Source of the DNA: Candidatus Izemoplasmatales bacterium
Lineage (GTDB): Bacteria; Bacillota_I; Bacilli_A; Izemoplasmatales; Hujiaoplasmataceae
Assembly (NCBI GenBank): GCA_050949045.1
Contig: JBMNEZ010000001.1
Location: 96,001 to 160,000, forward strand
Length of the DNA: 64,000 nt
Direction of reading: 5' to 3'
Made by a program: the position numbers and the translations under genes. The notes under the pieces were generated by a model, which was not told the DNA's origin, did no database searches, and was given only the letters and a program-made list of their open reading frames with translations. The stretch's first letter is position 1. The number at the start of each line of letters is the position of its first letter. Of the stretch, positions 39,802 to 50,309 are shown piece after piece.

Positions 39802-42156
39802 TTAAGAAACACTGATTTCTTGGCTGTTCGCTCCGTATTTGCTTGTTGCCATAACGATGATTTTTTTACTGTTGTTGTCGGGTCTGATAATAGCCTGTGC
39901 TTGGCCGTAATACGTGTCGGTAATATCGGTTGTATAGCCTCTAGCGTTATATGGGCAACCGTTGCCCAACCCTAGAAGTTTGCCGCCTTTGACGGATACT
40001 TTTATCTCCGCTTTTTCAAAAGGTTTCACAACTCCGTTTTTATCAGTCAAACTGATGTTCACGTAACACAGGGAGTTTCTCTTTACAGAGTTTTTTTCGG
40101 GTTTCAATGTGAGTATTGTTTCTGGTTGTGCCGTTTTCAATGAAGTTCTGGCAATCTCATTATTATCTTTATCCAAAGCGACCGCGATGACTTCGCCGTC
40201 ATAATATCTAGCAGAATAGATGACTTTGCAGTCCTTGCGTGTCCTTTTAACGCCGATCAAGCGATTATTGATGTATAGTGCCGCCTTGTAAGCGCGAGTG
40301 TATACCTCAATTTTTGTTTTTTTACCGTTGTAGCCGTTCCATGCCCAGCTTTGCAGGGCATTGGTCATTTTCCAGGCCGAGGGAGAATGCCGCTTACTTG
40401 TAATGCTGACTGGTCTGACGGCAATATTGATCTTGTCTAACTCGAAAGCCACGCGCGTGTAGGCGAGTTCCGCGGTTTTGTTGCCGGTGATATCTATTCT
40501 TCCCGATCCTGCTGTCAGCCATCCGACGCCTTGATTAAACTCGGGGGCATATTCTTTGTATTCCCATGCGCCTACGCCCACTTCGCCGAGATAGTCAATG
40601 CCTGCCCAGACGAAATCGCCAATCAATGAAGGATGTTTTTTGGCTAATTCATAAAATTTGTAGGCGTCTTTACAAAAGGTTTCTGTTCCCAGAATAACGC
40701 GATTCGGATATTTTTTGATATCTTTTTTGTAACGCAGAATGCCATAATTGTATCCTGCGACATCCAACTTCGCGAAGGCAGCTCTTGTCTTGAGGTCGCA
40801 GCCGCGCAGAGTGGCACCCAGTTTCATGAATTTATCACCGAACAACCCGGCGAAGTAATTGAAGAAAGCACTGCCCACAGGTTTGTTTTTTTGCGCTTTT
40901 TTGTCACTGTATACGCCAAAGCCGAGAGAATACAAATAATTGAAGAAGATGTTAATGCCGCATGTTACCGGTCTTGTGCTATCGAGTTCATGGCAATAAT
41001 CGGTCATTTTTCCGCAAAGCTCGATGCCTCTTTTTTCCGATGTTTCCGCCACTTCATTGCCGATTGAATACATGATCACGCTGGGATGATTGTAATCCTT
41101 ATCTATCATTGCTTTTAAGTCTTGTTCGTAATTGCTTTCCACATTCGTGGCATAATCATATTTAGTTTTATGAATATACCACATGTCGACATATTCATCT
41201 ACCACCAGCATGCCGAGGCGATCACAGGCAGTGAGCAAGGCTTTGGAACAGGGGTTATGCGCCGAGCGGATAGCATTATACCCGCTTTCCTTAAGAATCC
41301 TTATCTTTCTTTCTTCAGCGAAATCATAGGCGCACGCTCCAAGCAAGCCGTTATCATGGTGGATGCAAGCTCCGCGAAGGATAATTCTCTCGCCATTGAT
41401 ACAAAAACCCTTACTGCTATTGCATTCGATCTCTCTGATGCCAAAGGTTTCTTCGAGGGAATCGTTCTTGAAATCGACGCGACAGCGATAAAGATTGGGC
41501 GCATTAGGACTCCATAATAGGGCGTTTTTAATTTCGGCTTTGACTTTTAAAGCGCCTTCACTATAACCAGAAAACGAATAAACTGATCGGCCTTTATCAT
41601 CGTACAAAGACAAAGAAACATCGCCCTTAGCAGTGGTATTAATCGAGATTTCTACTGTTGCCGGAAAATATGAAAGTGTTTTGATCTTAACGCCATTTAT
41701 TTCAATATGTTCTTTTTCCGCCAAGTACATGAATACCGGGCGATAGATGCCGGCACCCGAATACCAACGGCTGTTCGGCTGGTCAGAATTTTTAACCAAC
41801 ACCTTGATATTGTTTTCTCTATCAAAATGAACGTAAGCGCTTATTTCAAAGTGAAAACCGGTATATCCATAATCGTGAGAAAACACTTTTTTGTCGTTTA
41901 TCAATATTTCAGCATTCCGGTATATTCCTTCGAATTCAAGAAAAATTTTCTTATTTGAATATTCTTGGGGGACAAAAAAATCTTTTTCATAAACATAATC
42001 ATAGGCTTCAAACCAACTTATGTTGACCCCGCCGGCGCTGTCACGGCTCCTATTTTCATGAATCATCGCATCATGAGGAAGGGTAATATCAATTTTATTA
42101 CCCTCCTTATTCGCCCTGTGGTATTTCCAATTGTCGTTGAACGGTATTTTATTCAT
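39802..42156 (-). CDS. GH2 beta-galactosidase-like glycosidase (no signal peptide)
   Basis: LEFEGIY, SRWYSGAGIYR, GACIHHDNG, NAIRSAHNP, NHPSVIMYSIGNE, GTET, WAGIDYLGE. Confidence 0.92.
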   Translation of the reverse strand: MNKIPFNDNWKYHRANKEGNKIDITLPHDAMIHENRSRDSAGGVNISWFEAYDYVYEKDFFVPQEYSNKKIFLEFEGIYRNAEILINDKKVFSHDYGYTGFHFEISAYVHFDRENNIKVLVKNSDQPNSRWYSGAGIYRPVFMYLAEKEHIEINGVKIKTLSYFPATVEISINTTAKGDVSLSLYDDKGRSVYSFSGYSEGALKVKAEIKNALLWSPNAPNLYRCRVDFKNDSLEETFGIREIECNSSKGFCINGERIILRGACIHHDNGLLGACAYDFAEERKIRILKESGYNAIRSAHNPCSKALLTACDRLGMLVVDEYVDMWYIHKTKYDYATNVESNYEQDLKAMIDKDYNHPSVIMYSIGNEVAETSEKRGIELCGKMTDYCHELDSTRPVTCGINIFFNYLYSLGFGVYSDKKAQKNKPVGSAFFNYFAGLFGDKFMKLGATLRGCDLKTRAAFAKLDVAGYNYGILRYKKDIKKYPNRVILGTETFCKDAYKFYELAKKHPSLIGDFVWAGIDYLGEVGVGAWEYKEYAPEFNQGVGWLTAGSGRIDITGNKTAELAYTRVAFELDKINIAVRPVSITSKRHSPSAWKMTNALQSWAWNGYNGKKTKIEVYTRAYKAALYINNRLIGVKRTRKDCKVIYSARYYDGEVIAVALDKDNNEIARTSLKTAQPETILTLKPEKNSVKRNSLCYVNISLTDKNGVVKPFEKAEIKVSVKGGKLLGLGNGCPYNARGYTTDITDTYYGQAQAIIRPDNNSKKIIVMATSKYGANSQEISVS

Positions 42157-42172
42157 CTTAATATTTCAGTTC

Positions 42173-43789
42173 TTATTTGTCTTTAGAAGCTTGAGCTCTT
42201 TTCTCTTTTTTCTCTTGCTCTTCTCTTTCCGCTTCTTCTTGTTCTAAGCGCAAGCGCTCTGCCGGATCCAACCAGACGCCGCCTGCGGCAAGGACTTCGG
42301 CTTTTTGATAGGCAAGGATCTTCTCCTGGTCTTCTTTCAAGTTCTTTTCAACATTAAGGAAAATCATCAATACGGCAATGATTGCATAACAAATAAGTTC
42401 CACAAGCAGAAACGAGATTACAAAAATATTTTCAACATCCGGGCCAACACCGACAGAAGGATCATAATCACTGTTTAACAACATGAAATTGATAAAGGCC
42501 ATGGATACTCCTAGCAAGCCAACCATGATCGATCCATAAACCGCCATTGTAAAACCGTCGCTTCGGAAATGGTTTTTCGCTTCAAGATGGTCAAGCACGT
42601 CAGAAAGCAAAGCCAAAGACACGTACATTGCCGGGATTGAACCGATTCCTTTCAAAACGATACCGGCGCATACCCAATAGAAGTTGTTAACATCAATGAA
42701 ACTCAATGCCCCGCCCAATACCGAGATGATCATTCCGATCAAAATCGATTTCTGCTTGGTCAGTTTGTTTGCGATAGGCCACGCAACGACCATTCCGATT
42801 GCGGTCGGTATTCCGCCAACTATGCCAAGCAAGCCCATTGCCTGGCCGCCCGTTATCGTTCCTTTCAGAACGTAATCGCAAAAATAGGTCATCGAACCGT
42901 TTTTTACAAGGCCGCCCAGTTGAAACAATAGAAAATAGACAATAATCAACCACCAGTATTTGTTGGAAACAACAGCCTTTATCTGTTGAAGCATGGGGAT
43001 TGTTTTTTTCTCAATGTCTAATTTCACGCCTTCTTCGGTAATTCTTTCGCGAGTATTGTAGTATTCGATCAGTACGCCGACAAAAGTAATCACCGAGAGC
43101 ACGATGACAAATATCTTCCAATTATTCAAGCTGGCGGCGGCGTTTATTACCTCTACACCGCCGGGTCCCTCTTCCAACACAAACAACAAATGCTGGAAAA
43201 AGATCGGTACGACCGCACTCGCCACAATCCCGACAGCCGCAACCGCCGAAGCATTGGAAAAAGTTGACAACAGCCCCCGTTTCTTGGGGTTTCTTGTTGA
43301 AAGAGCGACCATCGAACTGTGGCTGGCGTAAAATATCGGATAGAAAAACGCATAGTAGAGATTATAGGAAATGCAAATCCAAATCATTTGCACTGTTACG
43401 TTTGTACTCGGAACCATAATGACAGCCAACAAACCAACAGGCAACAACAAGGAAGAAAGCAACATATAAGGCCTAGCCTTGCCTTGTGAAGTTCTGGTTT
43501 TATCTATCAATCTGCCGCTCAGTAAATTTCCAATAATAACTAGTATTACGGAAAGCAAGGGCAACAAAACTGAGATGTACCCGAAAGTGGCTTTGTTTGT
43601 CCAGCCAATGACATCCGAATAATAGCGGTTTAAGTAAGAACCGAATACCGCATTAGAAATCAAAGCAAGAAAAGGACCGATAAAATACCCCAAGATCATT
43701 TCCTTGGGTTTTACTTCTGCGGACTTAATGGTTGTCCTCAGGAGCGGGTTATCCATAAACCCCTTTTTGACTGTTTGTTCTGTTGCCAT
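42173..43789 (-). CDS. MFS/GPH-family glycoside:cation symporter
   Basis: GRLIDKTRTSQGKARPY, TRERIT, about 12 TM segments. Confidence 0.88.
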   Translation of the reverse strand: MATEQTVKKGFMDNPLLRTTIKSAEVKPKEMILGYFIGPFLALISNAVFGSYLNRYYSDVIGWTNKATFGYISVLLPLLSVILVIIGNLLSGRLIDKTRTSQGKARPYMLLSSLLLPVGLLAVIMVPSTNVTVQMIWICISYNLYYAFFYPIFYASHSSMVALSTRNPKKRGLLSTFSNASAVAAVGIVASAVVPIFFQHLLFVLEEGPGGVEVINAAASLNNWKIFVIVLSVITFVGVLIEYYNTRERITEEGVKLDIEKKTIPMLQQIKAVVSNKYWWLIIVYFLLFQLGGLVKNGSMTYFCDYVLKGTITGGQAMGLLGIVGGIPTAIGMVVAWPIANKLTKQKSILIGMIISVLGGALSFIDVNNFYWVCAGIVLKGIGSIPAMYVSLALLSDVLDHLEAKNHFRSDGFTMAVYGSIMVGLLGVSMAFINFMLLNSDYDPSVGVGPDVENIFVISFLLVELICYAIIAVLMIFLNVEKNLKEDQEKILAYQKAEVLAAGGVWLDPAERLRLEQEEAEREEQEKKEKRAQASKDK

Positions 43790-43801
43790 GTTAACCTCCG
43801 T

Positions 43802-46357
43802 TTATTTTATTTTTTGATCAAAAGAAAACTCACCGCTATGCAAAAGTTTTTCCTCACCGTTAGGCATGATTAAATGGCACTTAGTCCCAACGGGAATTTC
43901 CACATCAATATTGAATCTGTCATCTTCTATCCGCCAACTGCTCTTTATCATTCCATAGGGGGCTTCAAAAGATGCCGAGGCGAATGTTAGTCCGCCGCCT
44001 AAAACGGGTTTTATTCTGAATTCGGCATAGCCTCCCTTGATGGGTTCGATACCCGCGATTCTCTTGTAAAAGAAGTTGCCTACAGCACCATTGGCATAAT
44101 GGTTGAAAGAAACCATTCCCTTGGTGCCGTCATCGGCTCCGGTATTAGATCCACCGTCAGGTTTTAGAGCATCCCAACGCTCCCAAAGCGTGGTTGCCCC
44201 GGCTTTAACTTGATAAAGCCATGAAGGGCAGCTTTCCGTAAGCAGCATCTTATAAGCGTCTTCCACATGGCCATTATCACAAAGGGCAAAAAGAATATAC
44301 GGCGTTCCGGGGAAACCGGTAGCTATGTTGTAATTGTTTTCTCTGACGAGCCTCGCCAGGTTCGCCGCTGCTTTTGCTTTGGTTTCCCCCTTGAAGACTT
44401 CGTAGACGATAGGCAACACGTAAGCGGTTTGGAACTCGTTTTTCAACTTGCCGTTGCCGTCGGTAAACACTTTTATGTATGCATCGGAAATTTCTTGATA
44501 TAAATTATTGTAATATTGTGCATCCTCGCCGTATCCCAATTCATTGGCGATCTTGACCATCAGCCTACAAGAGTTGGCGAAGCATGCCGTAGCTGTCCAT
44601 TTCCCCCTTCTCATCCAGGCCCATAGGCCGAGATTGGGCGCACACCAGTCTCCGTAATGATGGCCCAAACTCCAGATGCGTCTCCTTGTGCCGAAAGAGA
44701 AGAGCTGCGCCCAAAACTTGCACGCCTTGAGATACCTTTTCATTGAATTGTAATTTGATTTCAAAACTTTGATATTGCCCCTTGCTTGGTATTCCGCCCA
44801 AGGGACCAGTATGCAACTATCTCCCCAATGGTCGATAGCCATTACGAAAATGGATTCATAGTTTGTAGGAAAGACCACATGGGGTATGGTAACCGGGATC
44901 CCACCAGTCCTTTTTTGATCGGTACGCAGATCCCTTAGCCATTTGTTATAAAAACGCGAGGTGTCGAAATTGAAAGATGCAGTGGCGGAGAACAGCGCAA
45001 TGTCTCCCGTCCAACCCATTCTTTCATCACGCTGGGGGCAGTCCATCGGAATATCGACAAAGTTGGATTTGGTGCTCCATACAATATTGCTTTGCAGTTG
45101 ATTGAGCAATTCGTTAGAGCAGTTGAATGTCCCCGTTCTTTTGATATCTGAATATAATGCCAGGGCGGATAATTTCAAATCTTTTTGCTTTATTCCTTCG
45201 ACGCTTACATAACGAAAACCCATAAATGTAAATGAGGGGGAATATTCCTGCTTTTTATTGCCATTGCAGATATAGGTAAGTTCTGCTTTGGCACTTCTTA
45301 AAGGCTTTGTAAAGAGTTTGCCATCCATTAGAATTTCGGCATGCCTGAATATGATTTTCTGGTCTTTTTTGCAATTAGAAAAGCTCGCTTTGATTACTCC
45401 TGCGAAATTCTGTCCGAAATCATATATTAAAGTGCCATCATCCAAAGTAGTTATTTCGATTGGTTTAAACTCTTCATGGGCACGGACGAGATCGCCGTAT
45501 GTTACGCGTAAAACGGGATTGAATTTGACCTTTTCAATACCAGCGTCAATCCAAGAAGATTCGTTTAAGTCAACTCTGGCATCATAAACTTCGCCGTCAT
45601 AAAAATCGGCTTCCCTTACAGATCCCTCTCTTGTGACAAGCCAGGTGTTGTCTGTGCCGATAACAGCGGTTGTGCCATCTGTATACTCAACTCTTATTTC
45701 GCAAAGGAATGCCTGCTTTTTCGCAAAGATCCTATTTCTGAGGCTGTGGGTGAATTTTCCTACCGCCCAACCACCGCAGACCGTTGCGGTGAGGATGTCT
45801 TTTCCGCTTAGATTATCGGTGATGTCGTAAATCTGATACTGCATTTGGTTATGATACGATGTAAAGCCGGGGGTAAAATAGTCTTTGCCAATCTTCTTTC
45901 CATTGATGTTGATCTCGTATATCCCCAAGGCCGTGCTACAAACCCGCACTCGCTTAATTGGCTTTTCAAAGACTAGTTCTTTTTTGAATACCATCGGCTC
46001 GGGAGACACTTTTTTCCGTGTGAATTTATATGTGGGATCGCTTATCCACGCACCCTGCCACGGAAGGCCCATCCTTCCTGTTTCAAAGGTGGTTTGTGCC
46101 TCCGCTTTTTGGGAATGGTTATCCTCGGCCACCACATTGACGAGATAGGTGGTAAATGGTTTGAGTTTTTCGCCGCCATAGGAAATACCGATCTGGCTAT
46201 CCGTTGTTGTATTCCAGCCGTTGACGCTGATTTTTGCTTTGTTTAACCTAGTATCGGGAATATCGCTTTCAAGCGCAAAAGAAAACTGCGGTCGCTCCTT
46301 ATCGGTGATACAGTTTTCTTTTAGATTCTCGGTCTTGATGTATGATATTTTCAACAT
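43802..46357 (-). CDS. GH78 alpha-L-rhamnosidase
   Basis: TALGIYE, DFGQNFAG, DCPQRDERMGWTGD, ATTLWERWD, SFNHYANG. Confidence 0.94.
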   Translation of the reverse strand: MLKISYIKTENLKENCITDKERPQFSFALESDIPDTRLNKAKISVNGWNTTTDSQIGISYGGEKLKPFTTYLVNVVAEDNHSQKAEAQTTFETGRMGLPWQGAWISDPTYKFTRKKVSPEPMVFKKELVFEKPIKRVRVCSTALGIYEININGKKIGKDYFTPGFTSYHNQMQYQIYDITDNLSGKDILTATVCGGWAVGKFTHSLRNRIFAKKQAFLCEIRVEYTDGTTAVIGTDNTWLVTREGSVREADFYDGEVYDARVDLNESSWIDAGIEKVKFNPVLRVTYGDLVRAHEEFKPIEITTLDDGTLIYDFGQNFAGVIKASFSNCKKDQKIIFRHAEILMDGKLFTKPLRSAKAELTYICNGNKKQEYSPSFTFMGFRYVSVEGIKQKDLKLSALALYSDIKRTGTFNCSNELLNQLQSNIVWSTKSNFVDIPMDCPQRDERMGWTGDIALFSATASFNFDTSRFYNKWLRDLRTDQKRTGGIPVTIPHVVFPTNYESIFVMAIDHWGDSCILVPWAEYQARGNIKVLKSNYNSMKRYLKACKFWAQLFSFGTRRRIWSLGHHYGDWCAPNLGLWAWMRRGKWTATACFANSCRLMVKIANELGYGEDAQYYNNLYQEISDAYIKVFTDGNGKLKNEFQTAYVLPIVYEVFKGETKAKAAANLARLVRENNYNIATGFPGTPYILFALCDNGHVEDAYKMLLTESCPSWLYQVKAGATTLWERWDALKPDGGSNTGADDGTKGMVSFNHYANGAVGNFFYKRIAGIEPIKGGYAEFRIKPVLGGGLTFASASFEAPYGMIKSSWRIEDDRFNIDVEIPVGTKCHLIMPNGEEKLLHSGEFSFDQKIK

Positions 46358-46589
46358 AACAGAATACCTCCCATTTACAAATCAAAAGGTGTTATTGCGG
46401 AATGCCTGCCATAACATCATTATTAATTGCCGTTTGCGATAACTGTTATCATCAAATCACCTATCACAAATAACCGTAATATGTAATTTTCATTTATTGA
46501 TTTTATATCATCATTATCTAAAATCATTACATTTTTTTCAATGCCTATTTCCTAAATTATTGGTTTTTAAACGTAATCTTAGCGTAACG

Positions 46590-46615
46590 AAAAAAGGATA
46601 GTAAATTATCCTTTT
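46590..46615 (-). terminator. Terminator after sensor kinase
   Basis: aaaaggata..tatcctttt hairpin with T-tract on the minus strand. Confidence 0.55.
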
Positions 46616-46678
46616 GTTTTTGCTTTCATTATTCTTATGTAGCATGATTATTTGACTACATAACGGCAGATAGAAAGC

Positions 46679-47956
46679 TTAATCGGTTGTCGGTATCAGG
46701 ATATTCAACTGAAACAGATTGTTTTTTGTATCAATGGAGAGGATCCCTCCATATTTTTCTACGATCATCTTGATGCTTTTCATCCCAAATCCGTGATAAT
46801 TTTTATCGGCTTTTGTTGTTTGAGGCAAATCATCAAACATGTTGATATTGCCTTGATACTGGTTTTCTAGGTGTATCGATACCATGTTCATATTTTTTTT
46901 GATATGAATGCTGATAGTCTTGTTGTCGCTGTCGATGTTTTGCACCGCTTCGATCGAATTATCAAGCGCGTTGCCAAAAAGAGAGTAGATATCAGACGAG
47001 CGCATGAAGGAAAGAATATTGCCGTCAGCTATGCAATTGATTTTTATATTGTATTTTGCGCACGCATATGCCTTTTCAAATAGGATGATATCCAAGGCTT
47101 CGTTACCGGTTCTTAAGTTTATGTCGAACATTGATATTATTTCGTTTAACTCTCCGATTTCTTCAGAGCTGATTCGGCCTTCAAGTTGAGACAATTGATG
47201 TTTCATATCATGGAATTTGACATTGAATAGTTCAAAAGTGTGCTTGGAGGATCGCAACTGTTTTTTTTGTAGAACAAGCATCTGCTCCAAGGTTGCCAAT
47301 TCTTTACCTTTGAAAGTGATTTCTAGCAAGCTGTATTGATAGCTTAGAGTTAATAAACAACATAAAATATCATAAATGGCAAGCATAGAATATACTGAAT
47401 AGTCTTCCCTGTAACTGTATTGACCCAACACAATGGACACTAATGTCAGGGAAATGGTCAGCAGTATGATTTGATTGTTTTTGAACGCCGTAATATCGTA
47501 TCTTTCCAAACGTTTAGCAAACAGAAAATAGAAAAGCACGTATACAATCGGCAAAGCCGCAAAATAAAAGATCGAAGTGTCAGCCAGCCCGAATTTAATT
47601 TCACCGATGCTTTGAAATATTTCTCCGAGTTTATAGGCGCTGTGCTGAGTGGCGAAGGCGCTGATTTCACAAAAAATAGCGGTTCTTAAAGGTATTTTGA
47701 AACAAAACATCAATAGCATGGTTGTGATAATCACAATTGATGTGAATTTCAATATATCCCAAGGAGTATAACGCGTTTCAAAAAAATTCCAAATAAATAG
47801 TATTAAGATCAGTATCGAAAAGCACAAAAGCACGCGAAGAAGAAAATGGTTCCGTCTTTTTAGAGTATAGACAAACATGATGTTTGTAATCAGCATTTCG
47901 AGGCCAAAGCCATATTTCTCAAACAATTCTTTTATAAACTCAAAAAATGGGCTCAT
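46679..47956 (-). CDS. AgrC-like sensor histidine kinase (GHKL)
   Basis: KFHDMKHQ, TGNEALDIIL, LFGNALDNSIEA, TTKADKNYHGFGMKSI. Confidence 0.9.
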   Translation of the reverse strand: MSPFFEFIKELFEKYGFGLEMLITNIMFVYTLKRRNHFLLRVLLCFSILILILFIWNFFETRYTPWDILKFTSIVIITTMLLMFCFKIPLRTAIFCEISAFATQHSAYKLGEIFQSIGEIKFGLADTSIFYFAALPIVYVLFYFLFAKRLERYDITAFKNNQIILLTISLTLVSIVLGQYSYREDYSVYSMLAIYDILCCLLTLSYQYSLLEITFKGKELATLEQMLVLQKKQLRSSKHTFELFNVKFHDMKHQLSQLEGRISSEEIGELNEIISMFDINLRTGNEALDIILFEKAYACAKYNIKINCIADGNILSFMRSSDIYSLFGNALDNSIEAVQNIDSDNKTISIHIKKNMNMVSIHLENQYQGNINMFDDLPQTTKADKNYHGFGMKSIKMIVEKYGGILSIDTKNNLFQLNILIPTTD

Positions 47957-48669
47957 ACAAAATTACCTTGCCCCAACCAGTCCGCAAGTTCCATCAGAAA
48001 TTTCTTCTTTTTTGGATGACTGATTAGAAGCGTATCATCATTTTTCATCAATATCGTCATTCCGCTTATCGACTTGATATATCTTGGGTTGACCAAATAA
48101 CAGTTGTTGCAGCGCATAAAATTGTTGGGTTTCAAACGCTTTTCATATTCGGTTAACGATCCGGTAGCCACTACTGTCTCTTCATTGGTGTGAAAATGAA
48201 TTTTATGCCCGGTCACTTCTAAATACAACAATTCGCTGATTGGCAATCTAATAAAACCACGGGCTTTTGAGATCACAATCTCAGCATCTTGATTGGCTCT
48301 CACGATTTTCAGCGCTTTATCCATTTTTTGAGCTATGGTAGCGTAATTTACAGGCTTTACAACAAAATCTAAGGCATCGACCTCGTACCCCTTAACGGCA
48401 TATTGAGCCATGTTAGTAACAAAAATTATAATTACCTGTTTATCGGCCCGCCTTATTTTTCTAGCGGCTTCAAGTCCGTTGATATCAGGTATTTCGATAT
48501 CCATGAAGATAATATTGTAAATCTTTTTGTATTCCGATAAAAAACTGACCGCTTCATCAAATTTTTTAATATTCAATTTTACATTGTTTAATTCAGAGTA
48601 TTTTTTTAGATAATTTTCTATTAAGTTCGAATCAGATGCGTTGTCTTCTACAACGGCTACATTTATCAT
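47953..48669 (-). CDS. LytTR-family response regulator
   Basis: VAVVED, FMDIEIPDING, GYEVDALDFVVKP, FMRCNNCYLVN. Confidence 0.93.
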   Translation of the reverse strand: MINVAVVEDNASDSNLIENYLKKYSELNNVKLNIKKFDEAVSFLSEYKKIYNIIFMDIEIPDINGLEAARKIRRADKQVIIIFVTNMAQYAVKGYEVDALDFVVKPVNYATIAQKMDKALKIVRANQDAEIVISKARGFIRLPISELLYLEVTGHKIHFHTNEETVVATGSLTEYEKRLKPNNFMRCNNCYLVNPRYIKSISGMTILMKNDDTLLISHPKKKKFLMELADWLGQGNFV

Positions 48670-48756
48670 TTTCTAGACCCCCTTACTGCTTACTGAGATG
48701 ATGGGCATGATGAGGCAATGAATTAATAGAACGTTTTCATCGCATCGGTGTTGTCT

Positions 48757-50046
48757 CTATTTTAGATTAAAGGCAATATCGATCTCATCGATCCGATCTT
48801 GGGTGATGGGATTGATCGATCCGATTTTTGTCGCATCGATGATAGTCTTCGCAGTGAATTCAGCGACTTCCAATCTGTCGAACGCATTGATGATGGTGGA
48901 GCCAACGGTTAATACAAAATCATTTTCCGCCAGAATGACGGGGGTGGATCGGTTGATTTTGTCGACCAAAGCTTGTGGATTCAAGATAGACAATCCATAG
49001 GGAATGCGAACCAAATCACGGATCATAATGTAAGACTCCGGAATCGTGCGGGGGTCAATCGGTGCTTTTGTAATGCCAAAAGCCATCATATGCGTTGGTT
49101 GGGCGATGACGATTGCATTGACTTCGGGATGACGATCATAAATCAATTTATGCAAATCAACTGAACGTGAAGGCTGTTTTCCGTATTCACGTAAACCATT
49201 TTGAATGAGAACAATCTCTTCGGGCTCTAAGTATTTTCGGTCAATCCCATAAGGAGTGATCAGGAAGTTATTTTCATCCAGTCGCTGTGAGAAGGTTCCC
49301 ATCGTGCTGGTGAACAAGTCTTGGTCATATGCCCGATGGATGAGAGCACACATCTCCTTGCGTGCTTTCTTTTCTTGTGAGGTAATTTCAACGGGCTGGA
49401 ACTCGTCAGGGAGTTTTTGGCCTTTTTTCAGATTGAGTTTGATTTCCTCGTCGGTTAAGGCGGTGGCTTCACCCAACTGTTTTGCGATAATGTTCAATTT
49501 GGCGCAGTGTTCCAAGGTTTCAAAAATCTTGAATGCGTTAAACATATTATCGGCACAAGCTACAACGCCATGATTTTCCATGATGACGACGTTATGCCCC
49601 TTAGCGAACTGGGCGGATATTTTTCGTCCCAGTTTTTCACTCCCGGGCAAATCATAATCCGCAAAACCGATTTCACCGCAAACCAAATGAGGCAAAGGGA
49701 TGATTTTTGTATTCGGGACTTTGCCGACCAAACTGAAACTAACCAATGAATGTGGATGGGCGTGAAGGACAGCTTTCACATCGGGCCTAACTTTATAGAC
49801 GTGTTTATGAAAGGGGGTTTCCACAGAAGGACGGTGCTTTCCGATTACCCTTCCATCCGGCTTTATTTGGCAAATGTCCGCGGTGGTCAAGGCGCCTTTG
49901 TCAATTCCAGAAGGCGTGATCCAAATATCGCCTTTATCGTCAAGGATGGACAGATTTCCTCCCGATGTGGTTGTCATTTGTTTCTTATAAATCCGATTGA
50001 TCAACAAGACAATTTGTTCTGCAGGATGCATATGCACAAAATTCAT
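48757..50046 (-). CDS. Class II aldolase/adducin family protein with two tandem domains (probable rhamnulose-1-phosphate aldolase)
   Basis: TTTSGGNLS, ITPSG, PSVETPFH, HAHP, MENHG in domain 1; degenerate second copy. Confidence 0.82.
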   Translation of the reverse strand: MNFVHMHPAEQIVLLINRIYKKQMTTTSGGNLSILDDKGDIWITPSGIDKGALTTADICQIKPDGRVIGKHRPSVETPFHKHVYKVRPDVKAVLHAHPHSLVSFSLVGKVPNTKIIPLPHLVCGEIGFADYDLPGSEKLGRKISAQFAKGHNVVIMENHGVVACADNMFNAFKIFETLEHCAKLNIIAKQLGEATALTDEEIKLNLKKGQKLPDEFQPVEITSQEKKARKEMCALIHRAYDQDLFTSTMGTFSQRLDENNFLITPYGIDRKYLEPEEIVLIQNGLREYGKQPSRSVDLHKLIYDRHPEVNAIVIAQPTHMMAFGITKAPIDPRTIPESYIMIRDLVRIPYGLSILNPQALVDKINRSTPVILAENDFVLTVGSTIINAFDRLEVAEFTAKTIIDATKIGSINPITQDRIDEIDIAFNLK

Positions 50047-50072
50047 TTGTACCTTCCTTTCCCTTGAAAATG

Positions 50073-50297
50073 CTAGAAACCTTGATATTCTCCCTTGACT
50101 TTGATTGAGTAGAGGATGTTCTCAAATTCCCTTGCTTAATGAAGCCATGTCATGAAACCTCCTCAAGAAATTGGCTTTACTGAAATTTTTGAGTTTACAC
50201 GCCACTGATTTATCATAAATGTTGCCGGGGATATCCTTGAACGTTATTTTTCTTTTTCCTAAAATTTTTTTGGAGTGATAAACTGTGATTTTGGCAT
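50073..50297 (-). pseudogene. Frameshifted, truncated 5' remnant of a fused-alpha/beta 2-oxoacid dehydrogenase E1 gene
   Basis: Joining three reading-frame segments gives MPKSQFITPK-KILGKRKITFKDIPGNIYDKS...FHDMA-REFENILYSIKVKGEYQGF*; starts 12 bp after lpdA stop; family recognised from memory. Confidence 0.65.
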
Positions 50298-50309
50298 TTG
50301 ACACCCTTT

